32,000 bases of DNA from an archaeon (GCA_028279805.1 JANQMZ010000007.1:660001-692000); one strand, 5' to 3'; shown: positions 8,254 to 15,621, counted from the stretch's first letter. Program-made: numbers and translations. Notes: generated by a model not told the origin, from the sequence alone.

Positions 8254-9465
8254 TTATACTCCTAAATAAATTAGAATTGTGGGAAGCATTAAAAAAGTCA
8301 TGCAACTTGTTCTGTTAATTTTTGATGTAATTGCATAAAAACCTATGCTTGTTGCAGTAAGCAAAATCGTTAATCCTAAAATTCCTGAAAAAACAAGTGT
8401 TAAAATTAAAAGAAAAATTAAAACGCTGATATTAATTTTTTTATAAGGCAGCATTTCAACAATTTTTATAATTTGTTTTGAAATTTTTTTTGTTATAACA
8501 ACTCCGAAAGCTATTGATATTAGGGAAATGGCTAAAATGAGAATAAAATGTTCTTTTTCTAAAAACAAAATCTGTTTTATTATTTTGGCAACGCCTGTTC
8601 TTGTGATTCCTATTGCATACAATCCAAAAAAGCTTAACAAAATGTTAACAGTGTTGATTCCTCCGAGAATTATTAAATATTTTTCACTATTTTTGACATT
8701 TGTTAATTTTTGAATAATTGTTGCAGCCTGTGCTGAACCAATGCTTGGCAGCAGTGAAACAAAAGTTCCTGAAAAAAACCCGAAAAAACTTGATTCCAAC
8801 GCTTCCATTTTTCCTATTAGTTTTTTTGAAGTTTTTTGTTTTGGCAGAACAGGTTCATTATTAATTGAAGCTATAATTGTGCTTAATCCGAAAAACCCTG
8901 TTACCAGCGGAAACAACGAATTTGAAACAGTTAAATTTCTTAAAACCAGTATTCCCAGCAATCCGGATAAAATCATTACAATTAAAGTTTTTGTTTTGTT
9001 TTTCTGAAACAAAATCATTAAAATAATTACAAAAAAAAGAATGCCCGGAATTGCCATCGGAAGAACCTCAAAAATTTTTCTGGCAAAAAGAACAAAAACA
9101 GGGGAAAAAATCAAAGCAAAAATTCCTGAAAATAATCCGCCTAAAACAGTCAAATTAACCGCTTTAATGCCATTTCCGTCTAAAAGCATTTTGTGGCCTG
9201 GCAGTATTGACAAAAAACTGTTTTCGTCAGGCACTCCTAATAAAATGCTCGGAATAAAATCCACAAAACTGTGAACCAAGCTCATTGAAATTATTACTGC
9301 GAGAACAAATTCATTTCCCTGTGCAACAAACAAAAACAATAACAATGCCAATGCATTTATGTGCAAGCCGGGAATTAATCCTGTCAAAATTCCCAGGCAG
9401 CATCCTATTATTGTAAAGAAAAATAATGCTAAAAATGTTTCAATCATTTTGAATTTTTCTTGCAA
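8254..9465 (-). CDS. Polytopic membrane protein, TctA/DUF112-like (COG1784)
   Basis: 403 aa and hydrophobic throughout. The N-terminal region LGILTGLIPGLHINALALLL...IPSILLGVPDENSFLSILPGHKMLLDGNG resembles the TctA-family signature. The start may be Met7 (9447). Confidence 0.6.
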   Translation of the reverse strand: MQEKFKMIETFLALFFFTIIGCCLGILTGLIPGLHINALALLLFLFVAQGNEFVLAVIISMSLVHSFVDFIPSILLGVPDENSFLSILPGHKMLLDGNGIKAVNLTVLGGLFSGIFALIFSPVFVLFARKIFEVLPMAIPGILFFVIILMILFQKNKTKTLIVMILSGLLGILVLRNLTVSNSLFPLVTGFFGLSTIIASINNEPVLPKQKTSKKLIGKMEALESSFFGFFSGTFVSLLPSIGSAQAATIIQKLTNVKNSEKYLIILGGINTVNILLSFFGLYAIGITRTGVAKIIKQILFLEKEHFILILAISLISIAFGVVITKKISKQIIKIVEMLPYKKINISVLIFLLILTLVFSGILGLTILLTATSIGFYAITSKINRTSCMTFLMLPTILIYLGV

Positions 9466-9808
9466 TTATCTGCAAGTCTCCTTTGTATAATCCTATTTTT
9501 CCGATAATTTTTACAACAGAATTTTCCCTGACTTTTAATGCATCTTCCTGTGAATAATTAAATTTTACAATTTTAATTTTTGAACCGTCATTAACTTCAA
9601 ACCATAAAACATTTTTTTCAATATTTATTTTTTCAGCAAAGCCTTGTACCTGGACAAATTTGTCCAGGTCTTTTTCTGAAATGTTTTCAATTTTTACCGT
9701 TTCAGGCTCAACCAGGTTTGCGTAGAAAAACAAAAAAAGCATTCCTGCAAAAGCCAAAGCTAAGGCAATTAAATCTAACCAGTTCTCTCTTAGCATACAC
9801 TTATTCAA
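9440..9808 (-). CDS. Membrane-anchored OB-fold (tRNA_anti-like) protein
   Basis: 122 aa. One N-terminal TM helix (LIALALAFAGMLFLFFY) is followed by a beta-rich segment, VQVQGFAEKI...VVKIIGKIGLYKGDLQIIARKI, typical of OB-fold nucleic-acid-binding domains. Confidence 0.5.
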   Translation of the reverse strand: MNKCMLRENWLDLIALALAFAGMLFLFFYANLVEPETVKIENISEKDLDKFVQVQGFAEKINIEKNVLWFEVNDGSKIKIVKFNYSQEDALKVRENSVVKIIGKIGLYKGDLQIIARKIQND

Positions 9809-9848
9809 GTATCAATATTTCTTTAAATTTTTTCATTTTACTTTAATT

Positions 9849-10178
9849 ATGGCTAAAGTTATTGGATTTGACCATCTGGCTGTTTCTGTTTCTGACATGG
9901 ATGAATGTAAAAAATTTTTTGTTGAAGGCCTGGGTTTGAAGAAAAAAGCTGATTATGGAAATGAATTTTTTATGGAACTGCCTGATTCGAGGACTATTGC
10001 ATTGTTTAAGGGAAAAAATGAAAAGAGCACAATTCATCATCTTGCTTTAAAAGTTGATGATTTGAACGGAATTAAAAAAAAGCTTAAAAAACTTGGTTAC
10101 AGGCTTTATAAAGGAACTGTTACCCCCACTGACATGGTCGAGGGGCCTAACGGTTTAATCATTGAATTGGTTCCCTGA
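9849..10178 (+). CDS. Glyoxalase/VOC-family protein
   Basis: 109 aa with IGFDHLAVSVSDMDECKKFFVEGLGL, HHLALKVDD and GLIIELV. Confidence 0.7.
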   Translation: MAKVIGFDHLAVSVSDMDECKKFFVEGLGLKKKADYGNEFFMELPDSRTIALFKGKNEKSTIHHLALKVDDLNGIKKKLKKLGYRLYKGTVTPTDMVEGPNGLIIELVP

Positions 10179-10179
10179 T

Positions 10180-10716
10180 TTAAACAGTGAATTCTTCCGG
10201 TTTTATTTTAAGAATTTTAAAAATTTCTTTTTCCATTTGAATTGATTTTTTTTCTGCTTTTTTTATTTCTTCCAGCCTTTCAGCATTTTTTCCGTACTTG
10301 TTTTCAATATATTCAAATCGTTTTTTTAATGAAACAAATTTGTCATCAGGATTAACCCTTTTGTCACAATAAAAAACAATTTTTTCTTCCCACGTTTCAT
10401 GTTCATTGTTTAAAACAGCGGTTAAATGTGTTTTTTTAACAATTTTCCATATGGAAGGCCATTTTTTTTCCAGCATTTTTTCTCCCGCTCTATACTCAAA
10501 ACCGTGTTGTATTTGACCCCATTTGTCAATATCATGCAGTAAAGCGGCCCTGCTTACAAGTTTTTTGTCAATTTTTAATCCTTTTTTTAAAAAAATTTTT
10601 GCCATTGCATTTGAAACCTGTTCAACTTTTTTTGAATGAATTAAAATATTTGGCGGATTTTTTTCTTTAACAAGTTTAATGCATTCTTTTTTAGTGGGAA
10701 GCATTTTTTTCACCAA
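10180..10716 (-). CDS. HD-domain phosphohydrolase
   Basis: 178 aa with an early His (ILIHS) and the AALLHDIDK HD motif. The start may be Met5 (10704). Confidence 0.7.
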   Translation of the reverse strand: MVKKMLPTKKECIKLVKEKNPPNILIHSKKVEQVSNAMAKIFLKKGLKIDKKLVSRAALLHDIDKWGQIQHGFEYRAGEKMLEKKWPSIWKIVKKTHLTAVLNNEHETWEEKIVFYCDKRVNPDDKFVSLKKRFEYIENKYGKNAERLEEIKKAEKKSIQMEKEIFKILKIKPEEFTV

Positions 10717-11167
10717 GAATTTTTATCAAGGAATTCATATCCGAAACTTTTCTTAATTCGTAAAAATTTTTTGCACCGGATAAAACAATTGTTTTTGCTT
10801 TTGCTTTTTTGCACAGTTTTAATGTTCTTGCCAGTTCAGTAAAAGCTTTTGCTTTTTCATATTCGGATAAGCTCAAATAATCTGAAAAAATTATTCCAAC
10901 ACTTGTTTTGTTTTCATAACATTTCTTTGCTGTTTGTAAATCAAATGAGTGTTTTTTTTTAGCAGGCAGAATCAAAACTGAAACCTTTTTGTTATTTGCA
11001 GCAAAAGCATTTTGCTGCGGTGTTCCGCCCAAAACAGCAATTTTTTTGTTTTTGTTCAGATTTTTCAAATTTGTTTTTGTTAAAATTTCAAAATCAGTCA
11101 ACGTTTCTTTCCATTCTTTTATTTTATTTAAAATTTTTTCATCTTTTTTTATTGTTAAATTTTCCAT
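10691..11167 (-). CDS. Short RNase P protein component 3 (Rpp30)-like protein
   Basis: 158 aa. The segments VSVLILP, SVGIIFSDYL and CKKAKAKTIVLSGAKNFYELRKVSDMNSLIKILG resemble the C-terminal half of Rpp30. It lies next to L15e, a neighbourhood I recall, without certainty, from other archaea. The call rests on motifs only. Confidence 0.45.
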   Translation of the reverse strand: MENLTIKKDEKILNKIKEWKETLTDFEILTKTNLKNLNKNKKIAVLGGTPQQNAFAANNKKVSVLILPAKKKHSFDLQTAKKCYENKTSVGIIFSDYLSLSEYEKAKAFTELARTLKLCKKAKAKTIVLSGAKNFYELRKVSDMNSLIKILGEKNASH

Positions 11168-11214
11168 AAGTAAAATAACGTTTTTTAAGATTTAAAATTT
11201 TTCACAATTTTAAT

Positions 11215-11820
11215 TTATTTTAACCTGTTTTTTTTGCTTTTCTGGCTTGGCCTTGCTTTTTCGCTGCCTTTCCCTTTTTTTCTTAAACCGCGGCCTTTTT
11301 TGCCCGCGGATGTCAATCCTCGTTCTGCCCTTCCTGTTTTTTTTTCAATTGCAATCCAGTTAATTTTTTTGTCTTTAATTATTGCAGGATGTGTTGTGTC
11401 TATTAAAATTATTTCATAAAAATGTGTTTTTCCGTCGGATGCAACTTTGTAAGAATTTAAAACTTCACAGTTTGCATATTTTTTTGAAGCTCTTTCTTCT
11501 GCTATTCTTTGAATGCTTTTTTTTCTGGTTTTTTTTAAAACATTCATTCTTTTTGGCCTGCGTCCCTTGGTCGGTCTTTTGTGTAATCCTGTTCCTTTTC
11601 TTATTTTAACTATTGCCACAATATAGCCTTGTTTTGCCCTGTAACCCAAAACCCTGGCTCTTGCCAGGTTTGAAGGCTTTTTTAACCTTGTTATTGAATT
11701 TGGAAATTTTCTTAATTCTATTAATCTTTTCTTTTTCAATTCTTTGTAGTTGTATTCGCCGCCTTTAATCCCTTTGGCTTCATTTTGAAAAGTTTTTTGA
11801 ATTTGTTTTAATGCATTCAT
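11215..11820 (-). CDS. rpl15e: 50S ribosomal protein L15e
   Basis: From ATG 11820 the protein is 201 aa. It contains MNALKQIQKTFQNE, RLKKPSNLARARVLGYRAKQGYIVAIVKIRKG and a basic C-terminal tail. The ORF-track start at 11922 adds 34 non-homologous residues and would overlap the divergent gene. Confidence 0.9.
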   Translation of the reverse strand: MNALKQIQKTFQNEAKGIKGGEYNYKELKKKRLIELRKFPNSITRLKKPSNLARARVLGYRAKQGYIVAIVKIRKGTGLHKRPTKGRRPKRMNVLKKTRKKSIQRIAEERASKKYANCEVLNSYKVASDGKTHFYEIILIDTTHPAIIKDKKINWIAIEKKTGRAERGLTSAGKKGRGLRKKGKGSEKARPSQKSKKNRLK

Positions 11821-11913
11821 TTTAATCACAAAAATTTGATAATCCTGTTTAAAAGCAGATTTAAACCTTTTTGTTACTAAATTGTATTTACATAAATTTA
11901 AAAGGCTTTTTTT

Positions 11914-12912
11914 ATGGCTCAAAAAAGTTGTATTGTAAAACAGGTAAATGCTCCAAATCCGGATAAAAAAACCTGTTTAAAATGCGGCAAAAACGCCCAA
12001 ATAACACTTCCATATGGCCCTCAGCATTATTGTAAAACTCATTTTATAGAACTTTTTGAAAAAAGAGTCAGAAAAACAATCAGAAAAAACAAGCTTGTTT
12101 TGCCCGGTGAAAAAATTGTTATAGGGGTTTCAGGAGGCAAAGATTCAATGATTTCATTGTATTTGCTCAAAAAAATTTGCCCTCAGAATGAAATTATTGC
12201 TTTAATGATTGATGAAGGAATTCACGGTTACAGAAACAAGGCAATTGATATTGCAAAAAAACAATGTGATTCCTGGAACATTTCTTATAAAATTGTTTCT
12301 TATGAAAAAGAATTCGGCCATTCAATGGATAAAATAATGAAACATTTGCATCAAAATAAAAATCTTGGTTCAAGCTGTTCTTTTTGCGGAGTTTTTAGGA
12401 GGCGTTTGCTTAACAAGTTTGCAAAAAATTTAAATGCCGACAAGCTTGCAACCGGCCATAACCTGGATGATGAAGCTCAAAGCATTGTTATGAATGTTTT
12501 TGACAATGATGTGAAAAAATTTTCACGCCTTGGACCAATTGTAGGGGAGAATCAGAAAAATTTTATTCCAAGAATCAAGCCTTTGTATGAAATTCCTGAA
12601 AAAGAAATTGTTGCATTTGCTTCTTTTAAAAATATTCAGCATTATTCAGATGAATGCTGTCCTTACAGCTGGCAGGCCAAACGAAATAATTACAGAAACA
12701 TGTTAAATGATTTTGAAAAAACTTATCCCGGAACAAAACATTCAGTTCAAAAATTTTTATTAAGCATTCGGGAAAAAATGATTCCTCAAAATTTAACACA
12801 AAAAGATTTAATGAACTGCATTAAATGCGGTTCGCATTCCAATAGTGAAATTTGTCCTGTTTGTCAAAAAATTGATTTGATTGAATCAAAAATTGTTGTT
12901 AAAAGCACTTAA
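11914..12912 (+). CDS. tRNA 2-thiolation PP-loop ATPase, TtuA/NcsA (Ncs6/Ctu1) family
   Basis: 332 aa. It has an N-terminal zinc ribbon (CLKCGK...CKTH), the PP-loop IGVSGGKDS, cluster Cys residues (CSFCGVFRR, CCPY) and a C-terminal CxxC...CxxC (CIKCGSHSNSEICPVC). Confidence 0.85.
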   Translation: MAQKSCIVKQVNAPNPDKKTCLKCGKNAQITLPYGPQHYCKTHFIELFEKRVRKTIRKNKLVLPGEKIVIGVSGGKDSMISLYLLKKICPQNEIIALMIDEGIHGYRNKAIDIAKKQCDSWNISYKIVSYEKEFGHSMDKIMKHLHQNKNLGSSCSFCGVFRRRLLNKFAKNLNADKLATGHNLDDEAQSIVMNVFDNDVKKFSRLGPIVGENQKNFIPRIKPLYEIPEKEIVAFASFKNIQHYSDECCPYSWQAKRNNYRNMLNDFEKTYPGTKHSVQKFLLSIREKMIPQNLTQKDLMNCIKCGSHSNSEICPVCQKIDLIESKIVVKST

Positions 12913-12914
12913 GG

Positions 12915-12986
12915 GGGCCTGTGGTCTAGTGGTATGACGTCACGTTGACAACGTGGAGGTCGGCGGTTCAATTCCGCCCAGGCCCA
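12915..12986 (+). tRNA. tRNA-Val (anticodon GAC)
   Basis: Hand-folded cloverleaf. The acceptor stem is GGGCCTG/CAGGCCC with discriminator A. The anticodon stem TCACG/CGTGG encloses the loop TTGACAA. The T-arm is GGCGG-TTCAATT-CCGCC. The gene starts 2 nt after the upstream stop codon and has no encoded CCA. Confidence 0.9.
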
Positions 12987-12992
12987 TTTTTT

Positions 12993-14369
12993 TTATTTTT
13001 TTGAATTAATTATTCTGTTCATTTCTGCTGCAAATTTTTTTTCAAATACATCCAATTCTTTTATTTTTTTGTCAATTAATTCAATTCTGGAATCAGTTTT
13101 TTGCTCTGCTTTTTGGGCTTCCTGATTTAATTGTTCAAGTTTTTTGCTTAATCTTTCAGTGTTTTCTTCTATTGTTTTGATAAATTTTTCTTTAAATATT
13201 TCCAAATCATGCGTTGTATTTCTTAAAGAATCATAATCTATTTCGCCTTTTATTTCGGTTTCAAGCTCATGTATTTTATCTGAAACCCTTTTGTCCCATT
13301 CAACAATTTTTTTACCCATTTTTTCATCCCATTCTTGTACATTGATTTGCTCTGTTTTGCCTGTTTGTTCAGGCATGCTTTTCCCGGTTTTTTCTGTCAT
13401 GTTACTGATTTTTTTTTCTGTTTCCACAGCCTTTTGTTCAAATTCTTTTAGTTTTTTATCAATTTTTTCAGGATTCAGTTTTTTTATTAATTCGTTCATT
13501 TCTGAAAGCTTGTTTTTCATTTCATTTTCCAGGTCTGTGTTTTTTTGAACAGCAATGCTTGAAACCTTGTCTTCAGCTTCTTTTATTAATCCTTCAACAA
13601 TGTTTGACTGCAATTCAAGTGTTTTGCTTATCCTCTGGTCCAGTTCTTCCAGGCGTTTTTTTGATGATTCCAAAAAATCTTGCGCATCGCTTTTTGATTG
13701 AATGAGTTCTGAATTCATTTCTTTTATGAGTGAATTTTTTAACTCTTTTAATTCTTCTTCAAGCATTTTGAATTTTTCAAGCATTAACTTGTTTTCCTGT
13801 GTTTTTTTTTCAACCTGTTCCAAATCTATTTTAAGCTGTGAACCAAGTTTTTTTAATTCTGAAATTTTTGTGTTTAAAACACTTGCAACTTCCAATTCTT
13901 TTTCTTCCATTTTTGAATTTATTTTTTCGCTTAACAAAATACTTTTTGATTCAAGCAATGCATTAATTTTTTTAATTTCTTTTTCTAACCCTTTTTCAAC
14001 TTCTTTTGAAATTTTTCCTTCAAAATTTTCCTGAATTTCTTTCATTTCCTTTAATCTTTGATTTGCTGTTGTAAGAATTCCTTTTTCCCAAAGTTTTGCT
14101 ATCTGCCCGTCTTCAAGTTTTGAAATTTCATCATCTTTTTTTCCATAATTTTTAACTTTTTCAGAAAAAGGTTCTGTGTCTTTTTCATCATCTGTTTTTT
14201 CCGGTTTTGTTTTTTTTTCAGGTTCTTTTTTTGCTTCTTTTATTAACTGGTTTGCATTTTCTTCGGATATTCCTACTTCCTTTAAGTTGAGAATTATTTC
14301 TTTGTCCGGAACATTTAATTTTAAGAGTTTTCTGATGCTTTCCAAAACCAGTTCATTTTTATCAGGCAT
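12993..14369 (-). CDS. Long K/E-rich coiled-coil protein with a small N-terminal helical (UBA-like?) domain
   Basis: 458 aa with no TM segment. The N-terminal approximately 45 aa (LVLESIRKLLKLNVPDKEIILNLKEVGISEENANQLIKEA) are followed by an acidic/basic linker and about 350 aa of heptad-like K/E/L/I sequence. A TATA-like box lies about 27 nt upstream of the ATG. Confidence 0.6.
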   Translation of the reverse strand: MPDKNELVLESIRKLLKLNVPDKEIILNLKEVGISEENANQLIKEAKKEPEKKTKPEKTDDEKDTEPFSEKVKNYGKKDDEISKLEDGQIAKLWEKGILTTANQRLKEMKEIQENFEGKISKEVEKGLEKEIKKINALLESKSILLSEKINSKMEEKELEVASVLNTKISELKKLGSQLKIDLEQVEKKTQENKLMLEKFKMLEEELKELKNSLIKEMNSELIQSKSDAQDFLESSKKRLEELDQRISKTLELQSNIVEGLIKEAEDKVSSIAVQKNTDLENEMKNKLSEMNELIKKLNPEKIDKKLKEFEQKAVETEKKISNMTEKTGKSMPEQTGKTEQINVQEWDEKMGKKIVEWDKRVSDKIHELETEIKGEIDYDSLRNTTHDLEIFKEKFIKTIEENTERLSKKLEQLNQEAQKAEQKTDSRIELIDKKIKELDVFEKKFAAEMNRIINSKK

Positions 14370-14387
14370 TTGAGTAAAATATCTTTC

Positions 14388-14475
14388 AAATTTATTTAAA
14401 CCTTCGGTTTAAAACTTTCAAAAATGAAGAGTTTTTGAAATTTATTTAAAACTTGTGTTTTAAAGCTTTCAAAAA
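14388..14475. repeat. Tandem duplication (50-bp period) of a 37-38 bp module containing an 8-bp-arm palindrome
   Basis: Copy 1 (14388-14424) is aaatttatttaaaccttcggtttaaaactttcaaaaa. Copy 2 (14438-14475) is aaatttatttaaaacttgtgttttaaagctttcaaaaa. The palindromes are TTTAAACC-ttc-GGTTTAAA (14395-14413) and TTTAAAAC-ttgt-GTTTTAAA (14445-14464). Confidence 0.8.
14393..14400 (-). promoter_or_regulatory. TATA-like box (TTTAAATA on the minus strand) for the coiled-coil gene, implying a leaderless mRNA
   Basis: The minus strand reads GGTTTAAATAAATTTG. The box centre is about 27 nt upstream of the ATG at 14369. Confidence 0.45.
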
Positions 14476-14499
14476 CAGTGTTTTAATTTGAAAAAAATG

Positions 14500-14603
14500 T
14501 GGACCGGACGGGAGTTGAACCCGTGGCCTCCACAATTTTAGCCTCAATCTTTTAAGATTTTCAGTTGCCAATGTGGCGATCTACCAGACTGATCTACCGG
14601 CCC
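14500..14603 (-). tRNA. tRNA-Ala (anticodon GGC) with a 30-nt intron in the anticodon loop
   Basis: The minus strand has acceptor GGGCCGG/CCGGTCC with the G3:U70 Ala identity pair, D-arm GATC-AGTCTGGTA-GATC, anticodon stem CCACA...TGTGG and loop TTGGCA. An approximately 30-nt insertion (actgaaaatcttaaaagattgaggctaaaa) precedes the T-arm ACGGG-TTCAACT-CCCGT. A T7 run follows the 3' end. Confidence 0.85.
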
Positions 14604-14608
14604 ATTAG

Positions 14609-14830
14609 CTATAATGAGATTGAAATGATTGAATCGCCTCTTATCATAAGCTTTCCAACTTTTGTTTTTGTCTCTCCGTTAACCAGTTCTTCCGCGTCTT
14701 CCAAAACAATGTTTAAGTGAACGTCAAATGCTTTTAAAGTGCCTCTTACCTGTTGTTCTCCTTTTAGTTTTACTAAAACCGGTTTTCCTATGTTTTCGCT
14801 TAAACTGTCAAACGGTCTTCCATCAGTCAT
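14609..14830 (-). CDS. Sm-like archaeal protein (SmAP/LSm)
   Basis: 73 aa. Sm1 is KPVLVKLKGEQQVRGTLKAFDVHLNIVLEDAEE and Sm2 is LMIRGDSIISI. Confidence 0.9.
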   Translation of the reverse strand: MTDGRPFDSLSENIGKPVLVKLKGEQQVRGTLKAFDVHLNIVLEDAEELVNGETKTKVGKLMIRGDSIISISL

Positions 14831-15621
14831 TGTGGTTCCCCCTGTCTTTTGAATATTTTGTTTAGAAGCCTTTTTAAAAATGATTCTTTTTTTTCTTTTT
14901 CAACAATTTTTACTCCTGTCATTTTTTGTGAAATTTTTTCAAAAGATTTTGAGGCAGGGCTGTTAATGTTTCTTAAAATAACGGGTTCCTGTTTTTTTTC
15001 CAAAAAAGTTTGTCTTACGTTTTCATCGTAAGGAATTTCACCGTAACTTGGCAATTCCATCATTTTCATTAACTGTTTTTTCTCAATTTCTCCTTTTTGT
15101 TTTTTTATCATGTTTATAATTATTCCGATAGGCTTCGAACCAAGTTTTTGTGCAACTATTTTTGTTTTTAATGCATCTGCAACGCTTGGCGAATCCGGCG
15201 TTGTTACAATCAAAACATGGTCTGCTGCCGCCAAAGCAGACTGAACATTTTTTTCAATTCCTGCTGCTGCATCCAGTAAAATGTAATCATATTTGTCTTT
15301 TAATGTTGAAATAATTGATTTTAATCTTGCAGAATCAACTTTTTTATAATTTTCCAAACTCAGCCCTGAGGGAATCAGTTCAACATTTCCGGGGCCGTCA
15401 TAAATGGCGTCATCAATTGTTGATTCTCCTGTTAACACTTCATGCAGTGTTATTGGAGACATTTGCAGTCCTAATATTAGTGACAGGTTTGCCATTGCAA
15501 CATCTGCGTCAATCAGCAAAACTTTTTTTCCAAGTTTTGCCAGTGCCACTCCCAAATTTGCAACAACTGTTGTTTTGCCAACACCGCCTTTTCCTGATGC
15601 AATTGTTATTATTATTCCCAT
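14827..15621 (-). CDS. minD: MinD/ParA-family P-loop ATPase (archaeal MinD-like) with a C-terminal amphipathic helix
   Basis: 264 aa. It has the deviant Walker A ASGKGGVGKTT, Walker B ILLDAAAG, and a C-terminal SFLKRLLNKIFKR. The stop overlaps the Sm start (ATGA). Confidence 0.9.
   Translation of the reverse strand: MGIIITIASGKGGVGKTTVVANLGVALAKLGKKVLLIDADVAMANLSLILGLQMSPITLHEVLTGESTIDDAIYDGPGNVELIPSGLSLENYKKVDSARLKSIISTLKDKYDYILLDAAAGIEKNVQSALAAADHVLIVTTPDSPSVADALKTKIVAQKLGSKPIGIIINMIKKQKGEIEKKQLMKMMELPSYGEIPYDENVRQTFLEKKQEPVILRNINSPASKSFEKISQKMTGVKIVEKEKKESFLKRLLNKIFKRQGEPQ

Noticed and set aside
11821-11922. N-terminal extensions proposed by longest-ORF calls (rpl15e 11922, metG 20670, asnB-like 4008, DUF4013-like 16904, 29676, udg 31008, aIF5A 16203)
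   Set aside because: The extensions add sequence unrelated to the conserved family N-termini and create large overlaps with neighbouring genes. Internal ATG codons matching the family N-termini, often with GGAGG/GGTGA motifs upstream, were preferred.
13291-14373. Three plus-strand S/F-rich ORFs (85, 110 and 65 aa) within the coiled-coil gene
   Set aside because: They are mirror images of the K/E/L codons (AAA/GAA versus TTT/TTC) of the minus-strand gene. They are not independent genes.
12915-14603. Coiled-coil gene bracketed by tRNA-Val and tRNA-Ala as an integrated mobile element
   Set aside because: There is no integrase or other mobile-element gene, and I saw no duplicated tRNA 3' segment (att-like direct repeat). 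The only repeats are the two promoter-proximal modules.
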